Source of the DNA: Acidobacteriota bacterium
GTDB taxonomy: Bacteria; Acidobacteriota; UBA4820; DSQY01
NCBI GenBank assembly: GCA_037445535.1
Contig: JBBIKI010000001.1
Span: forward strand, 46,325 to 110,324
Length of the DNA stretch: 64,000 nt
Direction of reading: 5' to 3'
The notes under the pieces were generated by a model. That model was not told where the DNA came from. It did not search any database and saw only the letters and a list, made by a program, of their open reading frames with translations. Within the stretch, counting starts at the first letter, position 1. Each line of letters starts with the position of its first letter. This document shows, piece by piece, positions 50,725-61,077 of the stretch. A program made the translations under genes and the position numbers.

Positions 50725-51153
50725 ATGGCGACCTTCGAGCTCCCCAAGGCTATTGAACTGATCATCGTGACCCCCGAGCGGAGCCTCGTGAACCAGAGTG
50801 TGGACGAGGTGACCCTTCCAGGTGTAGAAGGGTACCTGGGCATTCTCCCGGGGCACACGCCGCTGTTGACTGCCCTGAAGATCGGAGAGATCAGGTACCG
50901 GTTCGGAACCACCGTGAAGTACCTGTTTGTATCGTGGGGCTTCGTAGAGGTTCTACCCGACCGGGTAACGGTTCTCGCGGACATCGCCGAGCAGCCGGAG
51001 GACATTGATTTGGCTGCGGCGCATGAGGCGCGCGAGCAGGCAGAGCGCACATTGAAACACCCGGACGCGGACTTCCTCTCGGCGCAGATTTCGCTGGAGC
51101 AGGCCCTCGTTCGGATGCAGGTGGCGGCGAAGGCGGCCCCCCTGCCCCGATAG
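50725..51153 (+). CDS. atpC: F0F1 ATP synthase subunit epsilon
   Basis: 142 aa. N-terminal beta-sandwich LPGVEGYLGILPGHTPLLTAL. Confidence 0.9.
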   Translation: MATFELPKAIELIIVTPERSLVNQSVDEVTLPGVEGYLGILPGHTPLLTALKIGEIRYRFGTTVKYLFVSWGFVEVLPDRVTVLADIAEQPEDIDLAAAHEAREQAERTLKHPDADFLSAQISLEQALVRMQVAAKAAPLPR

Positions 51154-51189
51154 GTCCTAGGCAATCGAACCTTTTGTAAGGAAGATCCT

Positions 51190-51327
51190 ATGAAGAGAAC
51201 GTTCCAGCCCAACCGGCACCGCAGGGCAAAGACGCACGGGTTCCGCGCCCGCATGGCCACCAAAGGCGGCCGCGAGGTGCTCGCGCGCAGGCGCGCCAAG
51301 GGGCGATGGCGGCTCACGCCAGCGTAA
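51190..51327 (+). CDS. rpmH: 50S ribosomal protein L34
   Basis: [45 protein letters not shown]. Absent from the ORF track because it is under 60 aa. Confidence 0.85.
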   Translation: MKRTFQPNRHRRAKTHGFRARMATKGGREVLARRRAKGRWRLTPA

Positions 51328-51689
51328 CCCCTCCGACCGGGCCTTTTTGCAAGGGCGACAAGGTCCGAAAGCGGCCGGAGTACAAATTGGTCTACAAACG
51401 GGCCGCGCCCATGTACACCGCGCGGCTCGTGTTTTATGCTTGCCCGGGGGAAGGGCCGAGGCGCAGGCTGGGGTGCACGGTGCCCAAAGTGGTGGGAGGC
51501 GCGGTGGAGCGGAACCGCATCAAGCGTCTCATCCGTGAGGCCTTCAGACGGACGCGGGGCCGTTTCCCCGAAGGGTGCGTCGTGGTAGTGAACGCCAAGC
51601 GAAGCGCGGCGGGAGTGCGATTGGAGGATGTCCTCCGGCACTTCCTGGACGTGGCGGGGCGAATCGAGCGGGAGGGTTACCTCTCGTGA
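51306..51689 (+). CDS. rnpA: Ribonuclease P protein component
   Basis: Basic 127-aa protein, with the RnpA region KRLIREAFR and the usual position after rpmH (22-nt overlap). Confidence 0.8.
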   Translation: MAAHASVTPPTGPFCKGDKVRKRPEYKLVYKRAAPMYTARLVFYACPGEGPRRRLGCTVPKVVGGAVERNRIKRLIREAFRRTRGRFPEGCVVVVNAKRSAAGVRLEDVLRHFLDVAGRIEREGYLS

Positions 51690-51916
51690 GGCGCATGGTG
51701 CTGTGGCTGATTAAGGCGTACCAGTGGACCCTAAGCCCGCTTCTGGGCAACGCGTGCAGGTTCTACCCTTCCTGCTCGCATTACACGTACGAGGCGGTGG
51801 ATCGGTATGGGTTGATGCGCGGGTGCTGGATGGGCTTCAAGCGCCTGCTCAGGTGCAATCCCTGGTTCGAAGGCGGATACGACCCGGTCCCCAAGGCGGG
51901 TGGCGAAGGGAGTTGA
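51686..51916 (+). CDS. yidD: Membrane protein insertion efficiency factor YidD
   Basis: [35 protein letters not shown], with conserved Cys residues. GTG at 51686 overlaps the rnpA stop. The long upstream part of ORF 51575 was rejected. Confidence 0.8.
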   Translation: MRRMVLWLIKAYQWTLSPLLGNACRFYPSCSHYTYEAVDRYGLMRGCWMGFKRLLRCNPWFEGGYDPVPKAGGEGS

Positions 51917-51918
51917 GG

Positions 51919-53706
51919 ATGGAACAGCTGGGACAAGAAGATCCGCAGAGCTTCAAGCGCCTCATCTGGGCCATGATCCTCATGGCCGTCGTATTCGGCG
52001 GCAGTACCTACTTCATGCGAAGCAAGGCTCCGCCCGCCGAGCCGGCCCAAGGCGGGAAGGCGGCTAAAAGTGCATCAGTTCAGGGCGCGGCAGGGACGCA
52101 GGCGGGGGTCCAAGCGCCGCTGGCTGCGCTGGCGGCTCCGGAGGCGAATCCGGCTCCTGTGCAGGGGGAGAAGGAGGAGACCTTCACCCTGGAGAATGAT
52201 GACCTTCGCTTGGTATTTGGAAACAAGGGCGGCATCTTGCGGAGCGCGGTCCTGAAGAAGTACAGGGCTAAGGGCGGGCCCAACGACGACCTGGTGTCGC
52301 CCCTGTCGGCCATGACGGGAGCCTACCCGCTGGCCGTCAGGACAGGGGATGCACCCTTCGACAAGGCCGTATCGGAGGCGTTGTTCCACGTGGAACAATA
52401 CGCCGGTCCGCAGGGAGCGAGAGGGCTTCGGATGAGCTGGGCGGACGGCAAGGGCAACGCCGTAACCAAGACCGTCACGCTGCCCGCCTCAGGCTATGAG
52501 CTAGGCCTGCAGGTTTCGGCGCTGAAAGGGGGGCGATCGCTTGAGGGCGTTCCCCTTACCTGGGGCTCAGGTCTGGGGACCCTGACGGAAGCGGAGGCCA
52601 AGAACAAGTATTTCCAGCAGGAGTTCCTCGCGGTGGTGACGCCGGAGGGGTACAAAAAAGTTGAGCGGGACCGCAAGGTCGGGACCGGAAAGCCTGAGTC
52701 GGCCACGGCCTTCGCCGGCGGCGACACGTGGGCGGGGCTGAGCACGGGGTATTTCGCGGCTATCTTCATTCCTAAACAGCCCCTTATGGGTGTTACGTTT
52801 GAGACCTTCGCGCTCACCACCGAGGAGCGAAAGGTTCACCCCTCCGATTCGTCTGTCACCCTCGTCGTTGGCTTCCCCGGCGAGGGCAAGCTCTTCATCG
52901 GCCCGAAGGAATACAAGCGCTTGCGGGACATGGGTGATTCCTTCTACAGGATTCTGGATTGGGGCTCCTATGGATTCTCGAACGCCATCCTCAACCCCAT
53001 CTGCGCAGCCCTTCTGTGGGGCCTCAAGGGCTTGCACGGCCTGGTGGGAAACTACGGGGTGGCCATTCTGCTCCTGACGCTCATCATCAAGCTTGCCTTC
53101 TACCCGCTGACCCAGCGGTCCATGGTCAAGATGAAAGAGATGGGTGAGGGGATGAAGAAACTCAAGCCCCAGCTCGATCGCATCAAGGCCAAGTATAAAA
53201 AGCTGCCCAAAGACATGGCCAACCGGGCCAAGCTGAACGAAGAAATGATGGGTCTCTACCAGCGGGAGGGCATCAATCCCCTCGGGGGTATGAGCGGCTG
53301 CCTGCCTCTTCTGCTGCAGATGCCCATCTTTTTCGCCCTATTCACGCTGCTGCCCAAAACCCTGGAGCTGAGGGGAGCGCCCTTTTTCGGCTGGATCCAC
53401 GACCTCTCGATGCAGGATCCCTACTACGTAACGCCGATCCTCATGGGCCTGTCCATGTTCGCGTCCACGAGGATGACCAGCTCCACGGGCATGGAGGGGA
53501 GCCAGAAGATGCTCCTCTATTTCATGCCGGTCATGTTCACGTGGATCTGCCTGTGGGCCCCTGCCGGCTTGACCCTCTACTGGCTTGCCAACAACGTCCT
53601 GACCATGGGCCAGCAGGCCATCATCAACCATCAGGTCCAGGCCAGGCAGGAGGCCGCGGCCAAAGGCAGGAAGTCAACGCCCAAGGGGCCGTCCCGGCCA
53701 TCCTGA
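51919..53706 (+). CDS. yidC: Membrane protein insertase YidC
   Basis: N-terminal TM, large periplasmic domain and a C-terminal 5-TM core (LKPQLDRIKAKYK, PLLLQMPIFFALF). 595 aa from the ATG at 51919. Confidence 0.9.
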   Translation: MEQLGQEDPQSFKRLIWAMILMAVVFGGSTYFMRSKAPPAEPAQGGKAAKSASVQGAAGTQAGVQAPLAALAAPEANPAPVQGEKEETFTLENDDLRLVFGNKGGILRSAVLKKYRAKGGPNDDLVSPLSAMTGAYPLAVRTGDAPFDKAVSEALFHVEQYAGPQGARGLRMSWADGKGNAVTKTVTLPASGYELGLQVSALKGGRSLEGVPLTWGSGLGTLTEAEAKNKYFQQEFLAVVTPEGYKKVERDRKVGTGKPESATAFAGGDTWAGLSTGYFAAIFIPKQPLMGVTFETFALTTEERKVHPSDSSVTLVVGFPGEGKLFIGPKEYKRLRDMGDSFYRILDWGSYGFSNAILNPICAALLWGLKGLHGLVGNYGVAILLLTLIIKLAFYPLTQRSMVKMKEMGEGMKKLKPQLDRIKAKYKKLPKDMANRAKLNEEMMGLYQREGINPLGGMSGCLPLLLQMPIFFALFTLLPKTLELRGAPFFGWIHDLSMQDPYYVTPILMGLSMFASTRMTSSTGMEGSQKMLLYFMPVMFTWICLWAPAGLTLYWLANNVLTMGQQAIINHQVQARQEAAAKGRKSTPKGPSRPS

Positions 53707-55055
53707 TGAAGGACCTGTCGGGCACGATCGCCGCCGAGGCCACCCCTCCGGGACGGGGGAGCGTCCGCATCGTGAGGCTGAGCGGGCCCGAGGCCGTACC
53801 TCTCTTGCAATCGCTGTTCGTACCGCAGGGGCCGCTCCCGTGGGAGCGGCCCCGGTGTTTGTGCCTGGGCGGCGTGCGTGCTCGGGGCCAGGGGGTCCTC
53901 GATCGGGCACTGGCGGTATGTTTCCTGGGTCCCGATTCTCTCACCGGCGAGGATGTAGTGGAGCTCCAGGTCCATGGCGCGCCGGGGGTGGTGCGGGGCA
54001 TCCTCGATCTTCTGGGTGCTGCCGGAGCCCGAATGGCGCTGCCTGGGGAGTTCTCGTACAGAGCCTTCCTCAACGGCAAGCTCTCGGTCATGGAAGCAGA
54101 GGCCGTCAACGCCCTGGTGGATGCGGAAACGGAAGGGCAGGCGGCGGGGCTGGCGGGAGGCTTGCACGGGGGAATCGAGGGGGAGCTCAGGGCCTTGCTG
54201 GAAGAGGTTCTGGACCTGCGAGCCGGCTGGGAGGCGGGCATAGATTTCCCCGAAGACGTGGGCGACATAGGCCTGCCGGATTCACTGGAGCGCCTTCGGT
54301 CCGTGGTGGGCCGGATGGAGGGGCTTCTGCGGACCGCTCCGGCCCTGCGCTACCTTAGGGAGGGTTGGCGCCTCGCGTTGGTGGGGCCGGTGAACTCGGG
54401 CAAGTCATCCCTCTTCAACGCGCTCCTCAAGAGAGAGCGCGCCTTGGTGACCCCTCATCCGGGAACCACCCGCGATGTTCTTGAGGAATCAGTACAAATT
54501 GGGGGATACCCGCTGATCCTCATGGATACGGCGGGAGTACGCACGACCAGCGACCCGGTGGAGAGCTTGGGGGTCGAGCGGGGGCTGAAAGCGGCGAGCG
54601 TGGCCGATGGCGCCGTGTTGGTGTTCGACGGCCGAAAGGGCTGGGGCGACGAGGAGGAGAGTCTCCTGGGGCGTTTGAACGGGGCTCCCGTAGCCATTGT
54701 GGCCAACAAAGCCGACCTAGGCTTCCAGGCAGGTCACATGCCAGACAGGACGATGTCCCTCAGTGCCGCGACCGGGGCGGGCCTTCAGAGCCTCTCTACG
54801 TATCTCGGGGCCTGGATGGAGGCGGCGGCCCCCAAGGGGCGGGAAGTCCTGTCGTCGGATCGCCAAGTGGAAACCCTCCGGGGAGCCCTTGCCGGATGCC
54901 TCTCGGCTCTCAGGACCGCCGAGGAGGGCGGCGGGGAGGACTTGGCCTGCGAAGGGCTCATGGAAGCACAGCGAGCGCTGGAGTCATGCGTCACGGGCGG
55001 ATCGATGGAAGATCTCTACGACCGGATTTTCTCCCGGTTTTGTATAGGCAAGTGA
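53706..55055 (+). CDS. mnmE: tRNA modification GTPase MnmE (TrmE)
   Basis: G-domain GPVNSGKSS, DTAG and NKAD, and the C-terminal CIGK. ATG overlaps the yidC stop. Confidence 0.9.
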   Translation: MKDLSGTIAAEATPPGRGSVRIVRLSGPEAVPLLQSLFVPQGPLPWERPRCLCLGGVRARGQGVLDRALAVCFLGPDSLTGEDVVELQVHGAPGVVRGILDLLGAAGARMALPGEFSYRAFLNGKLSVMEAEAVNALVDAETEGQAAGLAGGLHGGIEGELRALLEEVLDLRAGWEAGIDFPEDVGDIGLPDSLERLRSVVGRMEGLLRTAPALRYLREGWRLALVGPVNSGKSSLFNALLKRERALVTPHPGTTRDVLEESVQIGGYPLILMDTAGVRTTSDPVESLGVERGLKAASVADGAVLVFDGRKGWGDEEESLLGRLNGAPVAIVANKADLGFQAGHMPDRTMSLSAATGAGLQSLSTYLGAWMEAAAPKGREVLSSDRQVETLRGALAGCLSALRTAEEGGGEDLACEGLMEAQRALESCVTGGSMEDLYDRIFSRFCIGK

Positions 55056-55070
55056 GTGGAGCGGCCACCC

Positions 55071-56933
55071 ATGTCGGTCCGAGGGTCCGGAGATAGGAAC
55101 GTCGAAGCTACATGCGACGCCGTCGTCGTGGGCGCGGGCCACGCGGGCTGCGAGGCGGCTCGGATCATGGCACGAAAGGGACTGGAGACAGTCCTCGTAA
55201 CCGAATCCCTCTCGGCTATCGCAAGGCAGTCATGCAACCCCTCCATCGGGGGCGTCGGCAAGGGTCACATGGTTCGGGAACTGGACGCCCTGGGCGGCCT
55301 CATGGCTAGGGCCGCGGACGCCACGGGGATTCACTTTCGCCTGCTCAACGCCAGCAAAGGCCCGGCGGTTCAAGGGCTGAGGTGCCAGACGGACCGCCTG
55401 GCTTACCATGGAGTGGTGCGTAGGATCCTCGAAGGAACCCCGGGGCTGCGCCTCGTAGAGGGGCGGGCGGTGGGGCTCCTGCTGAACGGCGGCAACGCCG
55501 CAGGCGTGGAGATCGAGGATGGCCGGCGGGTGATGGCCCGGGCCGTGATCATCACCGCGGGGACCTTCCTGGACGGTCTCATGCACGTGGGTCCGGAGCA
55601 GACACCAGGAGGGCGCATGGGGGAGTTCGCGGCCGTAGGCCTGGCGAGAAGCCTGCGAGACCTCGGGCTTCCCGTGGCCAGGTTTAAGACGGGCACGCCG
55701 CCGCGGCTCGACCGGAGCACCATCGCCTGGGACCAGCTCAAACCTCAGCCCGGCGACCCCGATCCCGAGCCCTTCTCCTTGCTGAGCAAGCCCTTCCCCC
55801 TTCTGCCCCAGCAGCTCTGCTACCTCACCCGCACCACTTCGGAGACGAGGAGGATCATCGAGAGGAACCTTCACAGGTCCCCCCTCTTCGCCGGAGCCAT
55901 CCAGGGGAGGGGACCGCGCTACTGCCCGTCCATCGAAGACAAGATGGTGCGGTTCCCCCACAACGAAACCCATCACATCTTTCTAGAGCCCGATGGGGCC
56001 CGCTCGGAAGAGATCTACCCCAACGGCATTTCTACCTCGCTGCCCAAGGACGTGCAGGATAAGGTGGTTCACAGCATTCCTGGGCTGGAGGAGGCGCGGA
56101 TCTTGAAGTACGGCTACGCCGTGGAATATGACTATGTGGACCCCCGGGCCCTGCGCGAAACGCTGGAATGCAAGGCCTTGCCCGGACTCTACCTGGCGGG
56201 CCAAGTGAACGGCACTACGGGCTACGAGGAGGCGGCCGCCTTGGGACTCTGGGCCGGGCTCAACGCGGCGAGGGCCCTGAGGGGCGAGGAGCCTTTCCTG
56301 CCGGGGAGGGAGGAGACCTACCTCGCCGTCCTCGTGGACGACCTGGTGACTCGCGGCGTCACCGAACCCTACCGGATGTTTACGTCCCGCGCCGAATACC
56401 GCCTCCTTCTGGACCGGCACAGCGCCTATCGGCGGCTCGCGCACCTCGTGGAGAAGGATGGCCTCCATCCGGAGGACGATCGAGCGGACCTCGCCCAACG
56501 GGCCACGCGGTTCTCCGATCTCATGGGGGTTCTGTCAGCGACCTGGGTGGAAGAGGATGGCCAGCGCTTTCCCTTGGCCCAAATCTTGAGCCGTCCTCGG
56601 GTGACTCTGGCGGACATCAAAGGCGACTTGGCCGGCCTGGTATGGGACCGCTGGGTTGGCCTGGACGTTGAAGCGGAGGTGAAGACGCAGGGCTACCGGG
56701 ATCGGGAGCGTGCCTCGGTGAGGAGAACGAGGGAGGCACGCGGGAGGAGAATCCCGGAGGGCTTCCAATACGGTGGACTGCCCAATCTCAGCGGCGAGAT
56801 GGTGGAGCGGCTGGCGGCGGTGCGCCCCGAGACACTGGACCAGGCTTCGCGGATTCCGGGGGTAACCCCCGTGGCTCTGACGGTGATCCGCATCGCATTG
56901 GAGCAGGGGAGGAGGGTCCATGGCGGTCCCTAG
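55071..56933 (+). CDS. mnmG: tRNA uridine 5-carboxymethylaminomethyl modification enzyme MnmG (GidA)
   Basis: FAD motif [15 protein letters not shown] and GidA-family conservation throughout. About 620 aa. Confidence 0.9.
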   Translation: MSVRGSGDRNVEATCDAVVVGAGHAGCEAARIMARKGLETVLVTESLSAIARQSCNPSIGGVGKGHMVRELDALGGLMARAADATGIHFRLLNASKGPAVQGLRCQTDRLAYHGVVRRILEGTPGLRLVEGRAVGLLLNGGNAAGVEIEDGRRVMARAVIITAGTFLDGLMHVGPEQTPGGRMGEFAAVGLARSLRDLGLPVARFKTGTPPRLDRSTIAWDQLKPQPGDPDPEPFSLLSKPFPLLPQQLCYLTRTTSETRRIIERNLHRSPLFAGAIQGRGPRYCPSIEDKMVRFPHNETHHIFLEPDGARSEEIYPNGISTSLPKDVQDKVVHSIPGLEEARILKYGYAVEYDYVDPRALRETLECKALPGLYLAGQVNGTTGYEEAAALGLWAGLNAARALRGEEPFLPGREETYLAVLVDDLVTRGVTEPYRMFTSRAEYRLLLDRHSAYRRLAHLVEKDGLHPEDDRADLAQRATRFSDLMGVLSATWVEEDGQRFPLAQILSRPRVTLADIKGDLAGLVWDRWVGLDVEAEVKTQGYRDRERASVRRTREARGRRIPEGFQYGGLPNLSGEMVERLAAVRPETLDQASRIPGVTPVALTVIRIALEQGRRVHGGP

Positions 56934-57495
56934 CGTGGAGGACTTTCTCGCCCTCCTTTTCAAATGGAATCAGACCTACAGGCTCACGGCCTTCAAGGGC
57001 CCTGAAGAAGCCATGGCGCTGGGTGTAAAGCCCTCCCTGGCGATCCTGGACCAACTGCCCCAGGGTGCCCGCCTCCTCGACGTGGGCTCAGGCGGCGGGT
57101 TTCCGGCCATTCCCCTGGCCCTGGTGCGACCCGATCTACACGTGACGTGCACCGAACCGAGCCGCCAGAAAACTGCTTTTTTAAGAGAAGCGGCCGCCTC
57201 TTTCGGCCTGCAGGTTCAGGTGGAGAACCTCCCCGTCGAGGTGGTCCTGCGCCAGGGAGAGACGCGCCGATGGGACGTCATCACGGTGCGGGGCGTGCAC
57301 CTGCGCCACGGCCTTCTCAGGCGCCTGTCCAAGGCCCTCGCCCCTGGCGGAGTGCTGGCCGTGTGGAGCGGCGGGGAGCGGGAGCAAAGCTACGCCAAGT
57401 GGGCCTCCGAGGCCGGACTGGTGGTGGAGGAACGCCTCCTGCCAACGGTGCCGCCGGTGCCCCTCCTCCTGGCACGTGTTCCACGTGGAACATAA
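56920..57495 (+). CDS. rsmG: 16S rRNA (guanine527-N7)-methyltransferase RsmG (GidB)
   Basis: SAM motif [17 protein letters not shown]. 191 aa. Overlaps the mnmG end. Confidence 0.85.
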   Translation: MAVPSVEDFLALLFKWNQTYRLTAFKGPEEAMALGVKPSLAILDQLPQGARLLDVGSGGGFPAIPLALVRPDLHVTCTEPSRQKTAFLREAAASFGLQVQVENLPVEVVLRQGETRRWDVITVRGVHLRHGLLRRLSKALAPGGVLAVWSGGEREQSYAKWASEAGLVVEERLLPTVPPVPLLLARVPRGT

Positions 57496-57640
57496 GGCGC
57501 GAAGGGCCGCCAAACGGGACGCAATTGGCCCTCGTGAGCGTTCGTTCAAAGGCCCGCCTCCCATCCCGTTGATGGCTCCCGGCCCTATCCTCCCCCATGG
57601 CTCCCATGGTACATTGGCCACCTGTCTTGGAGGGAAATCC

Positions 57641-58405
57641 GTGGGTCTAATCGTCGCTGTTGCCAACCAGAAGGGCGGGGTTGGGAAGACCACCACCGTC
57701 ATCAACCTCGGTGCGTGCCTCGCCGCCGCCGAGAAGAAGGTCCTCCTGGTGGATTTTGATCCCCAGGCCAACTGCACGTCCGGCATGGGCATCTCTAAAT
57801 CGCGGGACGGCCTCAATGCCTATGCGGTCTTGAGCGGGGCCGCTCTGGTGGAGGAAGCAGTGGCCGCCTCGGACCTGCCCCACCTCTCCATCCTTCCCGG
57901 ATCCATTTCCCTGGCCGGGGCCGAAGTGGAGTTGACGGGGATGGAGGAACGGGAATTCGTATTGAAGAAGGCCCTGGCTCCGGTCAAGGACCGATACGAC
58001 TATATTTTAATTGACTGTCCTCCATCATTGGGCCTGCTCACGCTCAACGCCTTGGTGGCGGCCGACGAGGTGCTCATCCCCATCCAGGCGGAATACTACG
58101 CCATGGAGGGGGTCAGCGAGCTGCTCAGAACCCTGGAGCGGGTCCGGGAATCGCTGAACCCGGACTTGGCGGTTCGAGGCGTCCTCCTCACCATGGTGGA
58201 CCAGAAGACCAACCTGGGACGGCAGGTCTCCTCGGAGGTCCAGAGGTTTTTCGGCGACAAGGTCTATCACGGCGTCATACCCCGGAACATCCGGCTGGCG
58301 GAGGCCCCGTCCTTCGGCAAGCCCATCATTCTCTACGACATCGCCTCACGAGGTGCGCAGAGCTATCTTCAAATCGCGCAGGAGTTTATGGCCAATGAAT
58401 GCTAA
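57641..58405 (+). CDS. parA: Chromosome partitioning ATPase ParA (Soj)
   Basis: Deviant Walker A VANQKGGVGKTTT. GTG at 57641 preceded by GGAGGGA. The upstream part of ORF 57476 was rejected. Confidence 0.85.
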   Translation: MGLIVAVANQKGGVGKTTTVINLGACLAAAEKKVLLVDFDPQANCTSGMGISKSRDGLNAYAVLSGAALVEEAVAASDLPHLSILPGSISLAGAEVELTGMEEREFVLKKALAPVKDRYDYILIDCPPSLGLLTLNALVAADEVLIPIQAEYYAMEGVSELLRTLERVRESLNPDLAVRGVLLTMVDQKTNLGRQVSSEVQRFFGDKVYHGVIPRNIRLAEAPSFGKPIILYDIASRGAQSYLQIAQEFMANEC

Positions 58406-59243
58406 AAACGCCCTCGGCCGAGGCCTCGACGCCCTCCTCAACGCCCCCGGGTCCGAGCCCCGCCGCGTTCTCGAGGTGGAGGTCCACCGCCTCCAGCCCA
58501 ATCCCAGCCAGCCTCGGGCCCGGTTCGAGACAGAGGCCCTCGAGGACCTCGCCCGCTCCATCCAGGCCAATGGGGTCCTCCAGCCCATTCTCGTGCGGCC
58601 CAGCAACGGCAAATACGAGATCATCGCGGGTGAACGTAGGTGGCGCGCGGCGCAGCGCGCGGGCCTCCAGCGGGTGCCCGTCATCGTCCGGGAGACGGCG
58701 GACGCCCAAATGCTGGAGCTGGCTCTTGTTGAAAACCTCCAGCGCGAGGATTTGAACCCCGTTGAGCAGGCCCGTGCCTATCAGGTACTCGTGGAGGACC
58801 TGGACCTGAGCCAGGAGGAGGTCGCGCGGAAGGTCGGCAAGGAGCGGGCCACCGTGGCCAACACCCTGCGCCTTCTCCATCTGCCCAAGATGGCCCTGGA
58901 CGCCTTGGAGGCGGGCCAGATCACCACGGGCCATGCCAAGGCCATCCTGTCCCAGAAACGGCGGGAAGAGCAGGAAGCGCTCCTGGAGGAGGTTCTCAAG
59001 CGGGGGCTTTCGGTTAGGGAGGCGGAGGCCTTTCACCGGCGCGTGCAAGGCAAGGCCAGGGGCAAGCGCGCCATGGACCCGGACACGGCGGCGGCGGCCC
59101 AGCGCCTTTCCATGGAGCTGGGCATGCCCGTGGAGATCAGGCGGCGCGGGCGGGGCGGTGAGGTTTCACTACGGTTTCGAGACGAGCAGGAGCTGCACCG
59201 GCTCTTCGAATGGCTTCAGGGCCAGCGGGGGAAATCGCGATGA
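58395..59243 (+). CDS. parB: Chromosome partitioning protein ParB (Spo0J)
   Basis: ParB box GERRWRAA, and the HTH region. ATG at 58395 overlaps the parA end. Confidence 0.9.
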   Translation: MNAKNALGRGLDALLNAPGSEPRRVLEVEVHRLQPNPSQPRARFETEALEDLARSIQANGVLQPILVRPSNGKYEIIAGERRWRAAQRAGLQRVPVIVRETADAQMLELALVENLQREDLNPVEQARAYQVLVEDLDLSQEEVARKVGKERATVANTLRLLHLPKMALDALEAGQITTGHAKAILSQKRREEQEALLEEVLKRGLSVREAEAFHRRVQGKARGKRAMDPDTAAAAQRLSMELGMPVEIRRRGRGGEVSLRFRDEQELHRLFEWLQGQRGKSR

Positions 59244-59650
59244 TGACGAAACGGCCGGCGGAGACGCCGCAGGTAGGGGGTATGCTGGGCGAAGGCGTGG
59301 CCGTGGAAGGGACCCTGGTCTTCTCCCAAACCTTTCGCGTGGACGGGGAATTCAAGGGGAAAATCACCCGTTCTGACCGGCTCGTGGTGGGGGAGAAGGG
59401 CAAGGTGTCGGGCGAGATCGACGTAAACACCTTGGTCGTGTATGGCAGGGTGGAGGGAAAGGTGCGTGTCAAGAGCCACCTGGAGGTCCACCCCAAGGGG
59501 CGCATCGCGGGCGAGCTGGACATGGCCGTCCCAGCGCTCTCCGTCATGGAGGGAGGCTTCATCGAAGGGACCATTAAGCTGGGCGGGAGTGGCAAGCCCG
59601 AAGCCCTGCCCGCCGCAGACTCGGCCTCCAAGCAGGGGAACAAGCCGTGA
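59240..59650 (+). CDS. Bactofilin (DUF583/CcmA family cytoskeletal protein)
   Basis: Repetitive beta-helical pattern (VEGTLVFSQTFRVDGEFKGKI..., VSGEIDVNTLVVYGRVEGKVRV..., GRIAGELDM). 136 aa. ATGA overlap with the parB stop. Confidence 0.8.
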   Translation: MMTKRPAETPQVGGMLGEGVAVEGTLVFSQTFRVDGEFKGKITRSDRLVVGEKGKVSGEIDVNTLVVYGRVEGKVRVKSHLEVHPKGRIAGELDMAVPALSVMEGGFIEGTIKLGGSGKPEALPAADSASKQGNKP

Positions 59651-60963
59651 AACGCCCCTCCGCCTCCCGCGCCAGTACGGGAAAAGGCGGACCCGCGGCC
59701 CCCCCGCCCGGGGAACGCTTCGCCCTCCGGCGGGAACGCTTCAAGGAGGCCATCAGGGACGCGGCGTTGGGGCGCCCGGCGATGGTCCTCATCCACTCGG
59801 GCGAGGAACACGGCCTCCGTGCCTTCAGCCCGGACGCGGCCTTCTATTATTTGACAGGGCTGCAGAGCCCGGATTCCCTTTACTTTCTTGCCATCTCCCC
59901 ACCGCGCGAAATGGAGATCCTCCTCCTTCCCGCCACCGACCCTACGAAGGAGCGGTGGACGGGCAAAGTCCTATCCGCGGGCGGTTTTACGGAGGCCTGC
60001 GAGCCCGACGCGCGGCGCCAGGAAGCGGCCCGCCTCACGGGCTTGCCCCTGATCGGTACCTTCCAGCAGATCGAGGAGATCCTGGCCCGGCCCCTGAATG
60101 AAGCTGAGATGGTCTTTCTCAACTTTCCCGAGGAGTCTCCCCCTGGACAGGTGGGCTGGGTTCAACACCTGGCCCAGCGGCTGGCCGCCAGCCATCCCCA
60201 CCTCCGGTTTCGCCGCGCCGGGAAGCTCGTAGGAGACTTGCGGAGGGTCAAGGATTCGGGCGAGCTTGCGCTCATGCGTGAGGCCATGGCCATTACGGAC
60301 GAGGCCCATGGGGCCATCCTGCGCCATTTGCGTCCAGGCATGGCCGAGTATCAGGTGCAGGCCCTCGTGGAATATGCGTTTATGTCCCTGGGAGCCCAGA
60401 GCACGGCCTTCCCCTCCATTGTCGGCTCGGGCCCCAATACTTGCGCCCTGCACTATGATAAAAACCGCAGCGTCATGTCGCGGGGGGACCTGGTGGTCTG
60501 CGACATCGGATGCCGCAAGGACCTCTATTGCGCCGATGTGACGCGAACCTATCCCGTGTCCGGCCGGTTCACCCGGCGCCAGCGGTCCGTTTATGAGGTG
60601 GTTTTGAAGGCTCAGGAGGCGGCCCTTGACGCCGCCGCTCCGGGGGTCCTCATCAAAGACGTCCACCGGGCCGCTATGGAGGTCATGGCGGGAGCCGGGC
60701 TTGCCCCCTACTTTTTCCATGGAACGAGCCACTACCTGGGCCTTGAACCTCACGATGCCGGCTCCAATGAGGTTCCCTTGGAACCCGGCGTGGTCATCAC
60801 CATCGAGCCGGGTGCCTACATCGCTTCTGAAGAACTGGGAGTCCGCGTCGAGGACGACGTCCTGATTACTCGCCAGGGCGCCGAACGCATGACCCATGCC
60901 CCGAGGGACCCCGGGGAGATCGAAAAGGCGCTGGCCCGGCCCAGGCGCACCGTCATCCTTTAG
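59647..60963 (+). CDS. pepP: Xaa-Pro aminopeptidase (M24B family)
   Basis: M24 metal ligands in DLVVCDIGC...YCADVTRT, HGTSHYLGLEPHD and ITIEPG...GVRVEDDV. The N-terminus may start later than 59647. Confidence 0.8.
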   Translation: MKRPSASRASTGKGGPAAPPPGERFALRRERFKEAIRDAALGRPAMVLIHSGEEHGLRAFSPDAAFYYLTGLQSPDSLYFLAISPPREMEILLLPATDPTKERWTGKVLSAGGFTEACEPDARRQEAARLTGLPLIGTFQQIEEILARPLNEAEMVFLNFPEESPPGQVGWVQHLAQRLAASHPHLRFRRAGKLVGDLRRVKDSGELALMREAMAITDEAHGAILRHLRPGMAEYQVQALVEYAFMSLGAQSTAFPSIVGSGPNTCALHYDKNRSVMSRGDLVVCDIGCRKDLYCADVTRTYPVSGRFTRRQRSVYEVVLKAQEAALDAAAPGVLIKDVHRAAMEVMAGAGLAPYFFHGTSHYLGLEPHDAGSNEVPLEPGVVITIEPGAYIASEELGVRVEDDVLITRQGAERMTHAPRDPGEIEKALARPRRTVIL

Positions 60964-61077
60964 CGCGCGCCACGCCGATGCCCGGGTTCCTTGCCTCGCG
61001 GGGAATAGGGTGACCCGGCAAGGTGGTTTCAAGCGTGTGATCCCTTTAAGATCACGCCGGCGAGGTAGCCGCGTGAG

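Noticed and set aside
51154-51330. dnaA / DnaA-box cluster expected next to rpmH
   Set aside because: Only 36 nt separate atpC and rpmH, and no TTATCCACA-like boxes were seen by eye. The origin is presumably elsewhere. This needs computational confirmation.
61035-61056. Hairpin GTGATC-CCTTTAA-GATCAC downstream of pepP
   Set aside because: It has a 6-bp stem with a 7-nt loop but no U-tract, and it is AT-containing. That is weak evidence for a terminator.
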